A stretch of DNA of 32,000 nt, taken from assembly GCF_037902255.1 (NCBI RefSeq), contig NZ_CP147990.1:3690001-3722000 (forward strand). Reading direction: 5' to 3'. The notes under the pieces are model-generated. The model ran no database searches, had not been told where the DNA came from, and worked only from the letters and a program-made list of their open reading frames with translations. Below, piece after piece: positions 8,590-16,909 of this stretch. Source of the DNA: Candidatus Electrothrix sp. GW3-4 (lineage in GTDB: Bacteria > Desulfobacterota > Desulfobulbia > Desulfobulbales > Desulfobulbaceae). Each line of letters starts with the position of its first letter. Position 1 is the stretch's first letter. Both the position numbers and the translations under genes were made by a program.

Positions 8590-9336
8590 ATGGCCATCCC
8601 ACTTCCTAAGAATGAATCGGACCGGCTCAAGGCCCTGAAACGGTATAAGATTCTCGATACGCCGCCAGAGCAGGAATTTGACGATATCACCCTGCTCGCC
8701 TCCTTTATCTGCGAAACACCGATTTCTCTTATCACCCTACTTGATGAAACCCGCCAGTGGTTTAAGGCAAAGGTAGGGATCTCGGTCTCTGAAACCTCGC
8801 GGGAAGTGGCCTTTTGCAATCATGCCATCACCCAGCCGGAGATGCTCATCATCCAGGATGCACTCAATGACGAGCGCTTTGCCGCTAATCCTCTGGTGAC
8901 AGGAGCCCCGAACATCAGATTCTATGCAGGCTCGCAATTGGTCACCCCTGACGGCTACCAGCTGGGCACCCTCTGTGTGATCGACCGAAAGCCGCGTGAG
9001 CTCAGACTTGAGCAACTCCGTGCCCTTCGGGCATTAGCGCGTCAGGTTATCTCACAACTTGAGCGGCACCGCTCCTCCTGCAACCTACAACAGGCCAACA
9101 AGATCCAGGAAGAACTCATTGCTGAGCTGCAAGAGGCCCTCAGCCGTATTGAGACCCTGGAGGGCATGATTCCCATCTGCGCCCATTGTAAAAAGATCCG
9201 CGATGATCAGGGCTACTGGCATCAGGTTGAGGCCTACATCGGTCAGCTCTCATCGGCTGAGTTCGATTTCTCCCATGGGATTTGCCCTGACTGTATGCAG
9301 AACCTCTATCCGGAGTTTCATGACCCGGAAGATTAA
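8590..9336 (+). CDS. GAF-domain sensor protein with a coiled-coil and a C-terminal CxxC...HGICPxC zinc-ribbon-like module
   Basis: GAF N-terminal signature [27 protein letters not shown]...FCNHAI...RFYAG. C-terminus [53 protein letters not shown] lies 5-10 nt upstream of the ATG at 8590. Confidence 0.8.
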   Translation: MAIPLPKNESDRLKALKRYKILDTPPEQEFDDITLLASFICETPISLITLLDETRQWFKAKVGISVSETSREVAFCNHAITQPEMLIIQDALNDERFAANPLVTGAPNIRFYAGSQLVTPDGYQLGTLCVIDRKPRELRLEQLRALRALARQVISQLERHRSSCNLQQANKIQEELIAELQEALSRIETLEGMIPICAHCKKIRDDQGYWHQVEAYIGQLSSAEFDFSHGICPDCMQNLYPEFHDPED

Positions 9337-9550
9337 TCCTGAGTCTTCCCTACGCTTTCATCTTAACTTTTTCCCAGATTATGGTACGCTGGACTGATGT
9401 AGCCCGTTTCTGCAGCATACTCCCATACTGAATGTCCCTCAGGGGATCAATCCGCTCAGGGTCTTCTCCTGAGTACACGGTACAACGGTACAGGTCAGGA
9501 CGCTTGGCGGCATCCCTCCGTTCACGACAACTACTTACTATAATGAGATT

Positions 9551-10537
9551 ATGTCTACTCCATTGAAGAAACTCATTGTCATCTTCCCTCTTCTCCTCCT
9601 CGCTGCCTGCGCAAACCTGCCGCCAGCCCATCCGCCAGAGGATAAACTCCTCCTCTACACCATTGCGGATGAAGAGACCCTGCTCAGTCGCTATGCCCCG
9701 GTCTTTGCCATTGAGGATGCCCAGGAGAGCTCTAACAGGATCGGCACGCCCAGCGCCAAGCTTGGGCCGGGGAAAGAGGAGATCATTTATGTGGATCCGA
9801 AGACTCCTACGGTCTATGCCAGGGAGGATCAGTTCGCGACCAGGAAAGGGCAGTACACCAACCTGATCTACCGCATCCATTTTGAGGAGGTACCGGATAG
9901 CTTTTTTCCCTATTACCTGGGCGCGGGTAAGAACATCGGCCTGCTCTTCATCATCACCCTGAATAATGAGAACGAGCCGGTGCTCTACACCTCGGTCCAT
10001 ACCTGCGGCTGTTATCTGGCCTTTGTCCCGACCTCGTACACACCGGCGGATGTCCTGCCCAAGGGCTGGCAGAAAGGACGGCAGACGGTGTACTCCGAAA
10101 GCCTGCCTGGCCTGCTTGATCACCGGAGTGACGCACCAGAGCAGGACAAGGTGGTATTCGTTATCCGGGGCGGCAACCACCGGGTCAAGGATATCTGGCT
10201 GGCAGACAAGGGCTTCCTGCCTGACTACAAGAAGATCACAGCGGACCTCCAGCCCTTTGGTGCCTTGCAAATGCTTCCGCTGGGGGAGCAGCGGGCCACC
10301 TCGTTTTATGAGACCTCCGGCCCGAGAAAAGGCTACGTAAAAGGGAGTCATAAGTCACGGGAACGGCTGTACATGAGCTGGTGGGCCTTTGACTGGCAGA
10401 TTGGTGAGGATAAGAAGCTGGGCAAGAATAAATATGATGGAGTGACCTTTTACACCAGCCTGAAGCCCTGGGCCAGAGAGGCCTCTGATTTGCGGGATTT
10501 TGTGACCTTTGCGAAGTATTGGGGGTGGAATTTCTAG
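9551..10537 (+). CDS. Hypothetical lipoprotein
   Basis: 328 aa. Signal peptide with lipobox LLLLAAC. No family recognised. Confidence 0.7.
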   Translation: MSTPLKKLIVIFPLLLLAACANLPPAHPPEDKLLLYTIADEETLLSRYAPVFAIEDAQESSNRIGTPSAKLGPGKEEIIYVDPKTPTVYAREDQFATRKGQYTNLIYRIHFEEVPDSFFPYYLGAGKNIGLLFIITLNNENEPVLYTSVHTCGCYLAFVPTSYTPADVLPKGWQKGRQTVYSESLPGLLDHRSDAPEQDKVVFVIRGGNHRVKDIWLADKGFLPDYKKITADLQPFGALQMLPLGEQRATSFYETSGPRKGYVKGSHKSRERLYMSWWAFDWQIGEDKKLGKNKYDGVTFYTSLKPWAREASDLRDFVTFAKYWGWNF

Positions 10538-10561
10538 GGAAAGATACCTGATAAGGGGAGT

Positions 10562-11155
10562 ATGATCATGTCGCTATTGAGCAATCTTTTTGGTTGGAAG
10601 AAACCCTTGCCGGAGGCAAAGCAGAGGGAACTGGCAGCCTCGCTTCTTCAAGAGGCACAAGCACTTGCAGCGAATAAGCCGAAAAAAGCGCTTTCCCTGC
10701 TTCGTCGCAAAAGTAAACCCGCTTATGATGTACTGCGCATCGGAGGGGCGATGCATGGCGAATTCCGCAGTCTGGTCGTGAGGATACGGTCAAGACGGGA
10801 GCAATGCCCATTCCTTCCTTCCACTGCGGTGGAGGTAATCTGTTGGGATACCTGGCAGGATCCCATGTTCCACGACATCGCTGATCGCACCCGCAAAACA
10901 GAGGCCGAGGTCTTGTATATCCCCCCATCGCCCAAGCGAAACCCTAGAGACGCAATGGCCGAGCTTGAGGCCTTGCAGATGCTGTACGATCCAGAGGTGG
11001 GCGTGATGACCATTGGTGAAAAAGGGGTGTTCCTGCGCTGTTCGCTGATTTTGGCAGCGGTAGGTAACCTCCCGGATGATGCTGAAGAAATCATTCAGGA
11101 TATGTTGGATCAGGCCAAGGTTCAGGGACTGAAGGTCGGGTGGATTACGGTGTGA
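10562..11155 (+). CDS. Hypothetical protein (the start may be the ATG at 10568)
   Basis: 197-aa ORF with core-like GC content. AGGGGAG lies just upstream. No recognisable domain. Its 3' end is duplicated at 12763-12858. Confidence 0.55.
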   Translation: MIMSLLSNLFGWKKPLPEAKQRELAASLLQEAQALAANKPKKALSLLRRKSKPAYDVLRIGGAMHGEFRSLVVRIRSRREQCPFLPSTAVEVICWDTWQDPMFHDIADRTRKTEAEVLYIPPSPKRNPRDAMAELEALQMLYDPEVGVMTIGEKGVFLRCSLILAAVGNLPDDAEEIIQDMLDQAKVQGLKVGWITV

Positions 11156-11210
11156 TTCTAAGCTGGCTTTTGACAGAAATATTCTTTAGCTGTCCTCAGG
11201 CCGGTTGTGG
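11118..11210 (+). repeat. Direct repeat copy 1: the last ~38 nt of the 197-aa ORF plus ~55 nt of downstream sequence
   Basis: AGGTTCAGGGACTGAAGGTCGGGTGGATTACGGTGTGA...AGAAATATTCTTTA...GTTGTGG recurs at 12763-12858 at roughly 80% identity, with a 1-nt indel. Confidence 0.85.
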
Positions 11211-11262
11211 CCGGGGATTCCAAAGTATCCACCCTGCCAACCCACCAGGTAAAATCAACCCA

Positions 11263-11312
11263 TTGACTTTAAATATAGCTATGCTATGCTAAGATCAAAA
11301 TAATGATCTTAG
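11263..11312 (+). promoter_or_regulatory. Candidate sigma70-type promoter plus a palindromic operator/RBS hairpin upstream of the ATPase gene
   Basis: TTGACT at 11263-11268, a 16-nt spacer, then TATGCT at 11285-11290. Perfect palindrome CTAAGATC-n8-GATCTTAG at 11289-11312, overlapping the AGGTGA ribosome-binding site. Confidence 0.35.
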
Positions 11313-11321
11313 GTGAAAAAC

Positions 11322-12758
11322 ATGAAGAAAGTCTCAGCAGAACAAGTGATTAAACGTCTCAAGATTGAAAACCCTTGGTGGGAAACACGAAAAATACCAA
11401 CGGCCTATCTTGCGTTTAAGCCTCGATCTTACCTTGAGCTTTTCTACCCTTTAGTTCAGACCAAAAAAATTCGACGAGCAACGGTCTTGATGGGGCCGAG
11501 ACGAGTTGGCAAGACCGTAATACTCCACCATACTATACAGAACCTCATTGACAGTGGTTATGACCCCAACAAAATAGGATATTTCTCTGTAGATCACCCC
11601 ATTTACAATGGATTAGGCCTAGAGGAATTACTTGAACTTTTTTCTGCGGCGACTGAAGCTAACTATCACGAGGATGAGTGCTACATCTTTTTTGATGAAA
11701 TACAATATCTCAAGAATTGGGAAAATCATCTTAAACTTCTTGTAGACCGTCAGCCAAACTTAAAATGTACCGTGTCTGGGTCTGCTGCGGCAGCATTGAA
11801 ATTAAAAAGCTCAGAATCTGGAGCAGGAAGATTTACAGATTTTCTTCTGCCGCCATTAACATTTCACGAATATCTGGAGCTTTTAGATAAAAATAATCTG
11901 GTTATACCACCAAGCGAAGCGAATGGTTTTTTCAAACCACGCAATATAGAAAAATTAAACGAAAGTTTTATTCACTATCTTAACTATGGAGGATACCCGG
12001 AAGTTATTTTCTCCGACATAATCCAATCAGACCCAGGTCGTTTTATCAAAAGTGATATTATCGACAAAGTTCTTCTGAGGGATTTGCCGGGTCTGTATGG
12101 TATTCAAGATATACAGGAACTCAACTACCTTTTTACAACACTAGCTTTTAACTCATCAAACGAAGTGTCCTTGGAAGAACTATCCAAAGGATCAGGTGTA
12201 GCTAAAAATACGATAAAAAAATACATTGAGTACTTAGAAGCGGCTTTTCTTATTAGAACAGTTCATAGAATAGACAGAACAGCTAAGCGCTTTAAGCGTG
12301 CCAATTTTTTTAAGGTTTATTTGACTAATCCGTCTATTCGAAGTGCCTTATTTTCTCCTGTTACTCATTCGGATGAAGCTATAGGGGCTCTCTCGGAAAC
12401 AGCTATATATTCTCAATGGTTTCATTCCGACACCTTACTCCATTATGCTCGATGGAAAAACGGAGAGGTTGACATCGTTCACTTGAACAAACAATTAAAA
12501 GTCTCGTGGGCTATCGAGGTTAAATGGACGGATAGATTTTTCACCAGACCTCATGAGCTGAAGAGTCTTATTCAATTTTGCCACTCAAATAATGTTACAG
12601 GGGCTGCTGTAACGACTATGACAAAATCAGAAAAAGTAACCGTTGAGAATGTTAATTTTGATTTCATCCCCACAAGTTTATATTGTTATACAGTCGGCTA
12701 TAACATCGTAAAAGGTAAACAAAATATAAGAGAGGGGCTAACCAGCGGAGCAACCTGA
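11322..12758 (+). CDS. AAA+ ATPase of the COG1373 / DUF4143 family (an alternative GTG start is at 11313)
   Basis: Walker A LMGPRRVGKTV. Walker B YIFFDEIQYLKNWE. C-terminal GEVDIVHL...WAIEVKW resembles a PD-(D/E)xK core. GC content is low relative to the neighbours. Confidence 0.8.
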   Translation: MKKVSAEQVIKRLKIENPWWETRKIPTAYLAFKPRSYLELFYPLVQTKKIRRATVLMGPRRVGKTVILHHTIQNLIDSGYDPNKIGYFSVDHPIYNGLGLEELLELFSAATEANYHEDECYIFFDEIQYLKNWENHLKLLVDRQPNLKCTVSGSAAAALKLKSSESGAGRFTDFLLPPLTFHEYLELLDKNNLVIPPSEANGFFKPRNIEKLNESFIHYLNYGGYPEVIFSDIIQSDPGRFIKSDIIDKVLLRDLPGLYGIQDIQELNYLFTTLAFNSSNEVSLEELSKGSGVAKNTIKKYIEYLEAAFLIRTVHRIDRTAKRFKRANFFKVYLTNPSIRSALFSPVTHSDEAIGALSETAIYSQWFHSDTLLHYARWKNGEVDIVHLNKQLKVSWAIEVKWTDRFFTRPHELKSLIQFCHSNNVTGAAVTTMTKSEKVTVENVNFDFIPTSLYCYTVGYNIVKGKQNIREGLTSGAT

Positions 12759-12762
12759 CCGC

Positions 12763-12858
12763 AGGTTCAGGGGCTGAAGGTCGGGTGGGGTTACGATGTG
12801 AGCCTAAGGTAGCTTTTAGTAGAAATATTCTTTATTTGTCTTTTAGCACAGTTGTGGG
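12763..12858 (+). repeat. Orphan direct repeat copy 2 of the 197-aa ORF 3' end and its downstream region
   Basis: It reads QVQGLKVGWGYDVSLR*, against KVQGLKVGWITV* in the intact gene. It lies between the ATPase and NYN genes. Confidence 0.85.
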
Positions 12859-13025
12859 CGCATATCAGGTGGTTTCGGCTTGTTTTTCCTTGGGGTGGTG
12901 GTAATGTCTTGCTGTCGCGAGAAGATGATAATTTGATAACCGGGAAAATAACTCCAGCTATAGGATGATATCCTATCATTGTTTTCAGGTTATCCATACT
13001 GTTAGAAAAACAAATAGGAACACTC

Positions 13026-13832
13026 ATGGTATCCCCACGATTAGTTGCAAAAATAGAAACAGAAGAGCCGACTCTTAGTTTGGCTGTTTTAATTGATGCT
13101 GATAATGCTCAGGCCGCTGTGATCGAAGGTCTACTTGCAGAAATTGCTAGATTTGGCGAAGCCACCGTAAAACGCATCTACGGTGACTTCACAGCACCAA
13201 CAAGTGCATCATGGAAAAAAGTTCTACAAAAATATGCCATTAAACCAATCCAGCAATTTGCCTACACAACCGGAAAAAACGCAACCGACAGCACAATGAT
13301 TATTGATGCAATGGATTTACTTTACACCCGTAAATTTAATGGCTTCTGCCTCATTACAAGCGATAGTGATTTCACCGGCCTAGCTATGAGAATACGCGAA
13401 GAAGGTCTAACTGTTCTTGGTTTTGGTGAAAAGAAAACTCCAATGGCTTTCCGTAACGCCTGCCATAAATTTATATTTACAGAAGTGCTTCGACCCACTC
13501 AAGAAGATGAACAAAACGACTCCCCCCAGCTAAGTGAAAAGCATAAAAAATCCTCAGAACCTCAAGCCTCTTCTTCGCCACCTCCTTCAAACAACATATT
13601 TCCTGAAAAATTCATTCTCACAGCACTTGATCAATCAACAGATGATACTGGTTGGGCACAACTCGGAACATTTGGTAGCTACCTAACTAAATTGCAACCC
13701 GATTTTGACTCAAGACTTTATGGTTACAAAAAACTCTCTGATTTGGTTAAGGCCAAAAATAATCTCTTTCAAACTGAAGAAAGAGAAGCACCAAGTGGAA
13801 ATCAAAAAATTCTTTATATCAGGGCAAAATAA
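13026..13832 (+). CDS. NYN (LabA-like) domain protein with a C-terminal OST-HTH/LOTUS domain
   Basis: LAVLIDADNA...KRIYGDF...GKNATDSTMIIDAMDLLY...CLITSDSDFTGLAMRIREEG (NYN acidic residues). C-terminal GWAQLGTFGSYLTKLQPDFDSRLYGYKKLSDLV (OST-HTH). Low GC content. Confidence 0.8.
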   Translation: MVSPRLVAKIETEEPTLSLAVLIDADNAQAAVIEGLLAEIARFGEATVKRIYGDFTAPTSASWKKVLQKYAIKPIQQFAYTTGKNATDSTMIIDAMDLLYTRKFNGFCLITSDSDFTGLAMRIREEGLTVLGFGEKKTPMAFRNACHKFIFTEVLRPTQEDEQNDSPQLSEKHKKSSEPQASSSPPPSNNIFPEKFILTALDQSTDDTGWAQLGTFGSYLTKLQPDFDSRLYGYKKLSDLVKAKNNLFQTEEREAPSGNQKILYIRAK

Positions 13833-13861
13833 ACATCAACATTTTCAACAATACAATCTAA

Positions 13862-14713
13862 ATGACCCAAATAGATCAATTTGAAAGTGTATTCCGGGCA
13901 GCGGCACACGATGCCTTTGAGTACAGGGCCATAGCATTTCCTCGCGTGCTCTTCGTCACCGATGGCAATGCCGAACAGAGCAAGGCCTTTGTCCAGCAGA
14001 CGCTTGACTATGCGACCAATTTAAAGAACGCAGAAATCGAACTGGTGCATGGTGAGGAGTTCCGAACCACCACCGAACTGCTGGAAAAGGTGACCGCCCT
14101 TCACCCTGACCTGATCTGCACCTATCGGAATCTGCACAGCAGGGCCTGGAAATACCGGCACAGCCTGGGAGAGCACCTGGATGTGCTGCTCCAGCAGACT
14201 GCTATGCCGGTTCTGGTCATGCCGCATCCAGAAGCTGGCTTTGCCAATGCTGATGCCCTCCGGGAGATCAAGATTGTCATGGCCATGACGGATCAGCTGG
14301 CAAATAACCATGCGCTGGTCAACCATGCAGTCAGTTTTGTGGCACCGTACGGAGAGCTCTACCTGACCCATATCGAGGACAAGGCGGTCTTTGAGCGCTA
14401 CATCAATGCCATCTCCAAGATACCCAGCATTGACACGGATGAGGCCAGGGAACGGATAGCGCACCAGTTGCTTGAGGACCCCATTCATTACACCAGCTCC
14501 TGCCAGGAGGTCCTGGCGGCGCAGGGGCTGTCCCTCAAGGTCCGTCCTCTGGTGAGCTTCGGGCATCATCTGACGGAATATCGCCAGGCTGTTGAGTCGC
14601 ACGCGGTCAACCTGCTGGTCATGAATACCAAGGATGACGAGCAGCTGGCCATGCACGGGCTGGCCTATCCCCTGGCGGTTGAATTACGCCAACTCCCTTT
14701 GCTGATGCTGTAA
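13862..14713 (+). CDS. Tandem universal-stress-protein-like (USP) domain protein
   Basis: 283 aa with two USP-like halves (RVLFVTDG...PVLVMP and IKIVMAMTD...NLLVMNTKD). The canonical G-x2-G-x9-G(S/T) ATP-binding motif is not evident. Confidence 0.45.
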   Translation: MTQIDQFESVFRAAAHDAFEYRAIAFPRVLFVTDGNAEQSKAFVQQTLDYATNLKNAEIELVHGEEFRTTTELLEKVTALHPDLICTYRNLHSRAWKYRHSLGEHLDVLLQQTAMPVLVMPHPEAGFANADALREIKIVMAMTDQLANNHALVNHAVSFVAPYGELYLTHIEDKAVFERYINAISKIPSIDTDEARERIAHQLLEDPIHYTSSCQEVLAAQGLSLKVRPLVSFGHHLTEYRQAVESHAVNLLVMNTKDDEQLAMHGLAYPLAVELRQLPLLML

Positions 14714-14715
14714 TC

Positions 14716-16092
14716 ATGGAACATGCCGTTACCCATGCCTCGCATGGCACCACACTCTTCTTTACCGGTGTTCTTGTCCTGCTGATCGCCTCCCTGGCCC
14801 TGGAAGAAAAGATACACGCCAAGAAATCCCTGATCGTCGGCCTGTTTGCCGCTGTCCTCCTCTTTCTGGACGGGATGCTCGGCCTGCTGCCCTTTGGCCC
14901 GGTCACCCTGCCGAATGGGCATACGCTCAACATGCCGGTGTATATTGAAGCTATTGACTGGGGCGTGATCGCCATCATTATCGGCTCCAGCATTTTTGTC
15001 GATGTGACCTCCCGTTCCGGTCTGTTCACCTGGATTGCCATTAAACTTACTAAACTGTCCTGCGGTGATCCCCTCAAGTTGCTCTGGTATTACGGGATCA
15101 TGACGGTGGTGTTCTCTGCCGTGCTGAACAACGTGACCGCCATGATTATTGTCGGTTCCTTGTCCGCAGTCTCCCTGAAACGGCTGCAGCGGGAAGAACA
15201 GCTGCTGGGCTTTCTCCTGATTGAAGGATTACTCACCAATATCGGCGGCCTGCTGACCCTGATCAGCTCGGTGCCCAATATTATTATCGGGACCACAGCC
15301 GGTATCAGTTTTATGACCTTTTTCCTCAAGGCCAGTCCCTACGTGCTCGTGGCCACTGCTGCGACCATCTGGTTGGGTGCCCGTCTCTTCAGGATCAGCA
15401 AGTTGCGCGATGCCGAGGAAATCGCCGCTGCCAAGCAGCATGTTGCCGGGTTCGATGAGAACGACGGCATTGAAAGCCAGGGCTTTTTCTGGTTCGGTGC
15501 GATTATGCTGGGCGCGTTCATTCTGGTGATTGCCACTACCTCAGTCCTGCCGGTGGTCAGCAGCCTGGGCATGGGCTACGTGGCCCTGACCTTTGCCCTC
15601 ATCATGCTGATCCGCTTCAAGCATGAGGTGGATCAGTTCTACAAGGCGGTGGACTGGGATCTAATCGGCTTTTTCATGGCCCTGTTTGTGGTGATCCATA
15701 TGCTGGAATACGCCGGGGTGCTGGACCTGATCGGCCAGGGCATCACCCGGATCATCGGTGAGGAGGAAAGTCGTTTCGGGGTCGGGGCCCTGCTCTTCTC
15801 TTCTGCGGCCTTCAGCAGTGTCACGGATAATATTCCGCTGGCCGCCATGCTCGGCAAAATCCTTGCGGCCCAGGGAACCGCAGCGGACTCACCGCTCTGG
15901 TGGTCCGTGATCTTCGGTGCCAACCTCGGCGGCAACCTCACGCCCATCGGCAGCGCCTCGACCTTGGTCGCGGTCACCATTATTTATAAACACGAGCTCA
16001 AACTGTCCTTTGGTGGGTTTGTTCGCAAGGCCTTGCCCTTTGCGGTACTGCATATCGCCCTTGCTACGGTATATGTACTGGTATTTTTCTGA
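14716..16092 (+). CDS. ArsB/NhaD (CitMHS-like) family permease
   Basis: 458-aa polytopic membrane protein. DNIPLAAML and GGNLTPIGSASTLV are hairpin-like motifs typical of the ion-transporter superfamily. It starts 2 nt after the USP-like gene. Confidence 0.6.
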   Translation: MEHAVTHASHGTTLFFTGVLVLLIASLALEEKIHAKKSLIVGLFAAVLLFLDGMLGLLPFGPVTLPNGHTLNMPVYIEAIDWGVIAIIIGSSIFVDVTSRSGLFTWIAIKLTKLSCGDPLKLLWYYGIMTVVFSAVLNNVTAMIIVGSLSAVSLKRLQREEQLLGFLLIEGLLTNIGGLLTLISSVPNIIIGTTAGISFMTFFLKASPYVLVATAATIWLGARLFRISKLRDAEEIAAAKQHVAGFDENDGIESQGFFWFGAIMLGAFILVIATTSVLPVVSSLGMGYVALTFALIMLIRFKHEVDQFYKAVDWDLIGFFMALFVVIHMLEYAGVLDLIGQGITRIIGEEESRFGVGALLFSSAAFSSVTDNIPLAAMLGKILAAQGTAADSPLWWSVIFGANLGGNLTPIGSASTLVAVTIIYKHELKLSFGGFVRKALPFAVLHIALATVYVLVFF

Positions 16093-16173
16093 AATTTACA
16101 AAAAAACACGTTATCATTGGCTGACACAGAGCCCTACGCCTTTTTCCTGAGACAAAAACAGCCCGACCGACTT

Positions 16174-16422
16174 ATGAGCGAAGAGCAACCAAATGACCCA
16201 TTGCACGGTGTAACCTTAAAGGATATCGTCAACTTCCTTGTTGATTGTTACGGCTGGAAAAAACTGGGAAGATGGACAAAGATACGATGCTTTGTTAATA
16301 ATCCTACAATAAATTCCAGTCTTAAATTTCTCCGAAAAACACCTTGGGCAAGGACAAAGGTAGAAAATCTCTACCTTGTCACAAAAAGAAACCAACAGAA
16401 TAAACCGAAAAGGGGGGGATGA
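16174..16422 (+). CDS. VF530 / DUF2132 family small DNA-binding protein
   Basis: [61 protein letters not shown] is the DUF2132 signature. I preferred the ATG at 16174 over the TTG at 16117. Confidence 0.8.
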   Translation: MSEEQPNDPLHGVTLKDIVNFLVDCYGWKKLGRWTKIRCFVNNPTINSSLKFLRKTPWARTKVENLYLVTKRNQQNKPKRGG

Positions 16423-16423
16423 C

Positions 16424-16909
16424 ATGCAAGCCGCAACCCAACGCTTCATCCGCATCGGTACAGCCAGCATCGGCCTCATCGGCCTGGATGTAGCCCTGAA
16501 CACCATTGCCCGCCAAGAGGTGAGCGAAACCGAGGCCGTGGATTTCCTCTTTAGCGAGGTCCGTCGCCAGAACTATATTCCACCAGGGAATGCTGAAAAA
16601 TATAAAGAGGCCCTCCTGACCGCCTATCGCAAGCATTGTAATATCACCACTGAGGAGGAAGGCCTGGTCATCCGCATCTTCGGGACCGGTTGCGTTAGCT
16701 GCAACAGCCTCCAGACCCTGGTGATTGAAATACTCGATCACCTGAAGCTGGCCGCAGATATCGAGCAGATTCACGACCCCGATGAGATCGGTCGGGCCGG
16801 AGTCACCATGACGCCTGCTCTGATGATCAACGGAACCCTTAAAAGCACTGGCCTCATGCCCACCCCGGCCCAGGTCGAACAATGGATCAAGGAAGCAAAT
16901 CATGTCTGA
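16424..16909 (+). CDS. Thioredoxin-like (MTH895/TM0996-type, Thioredoxin_3) protein with an ~85-aa N-terminal extension
   Basis: IRIFGTGCVSCNSLQ...GVTMTPALMINGTLKSTG (CxxC thioredoxin-fold). AAAGGGGGGGA lies upstream of the ATG at 16424. The stop overlaps the next gene. Confidence 0.7.
   Translation: MQAATQRFIRIGTASIGLIGLDVALNTIARQEVSETEAVDFLFSEVRRQNYIPPGNAEKYKEALLTAYRKHCNITTEEEGLVIRIFGTGCVSCNSLQTLVIEILDHLKLAADIEQIHDPDEIGRAGVTMTPALMINGTLKSTGLMPTPAQVEQWIKEANHV

Noticed and set aside
12791-13027. A 78-aa minus-strand ORF and the 31576-31806 minus-strand ORF, each overlapping an orphan repeat copy.
   Set aside because: Both run antisense across the orphan 3'-end fragments and intergenic DNA. 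They have no RBS and implausible composition. They are artefacts of the open antisense frame.
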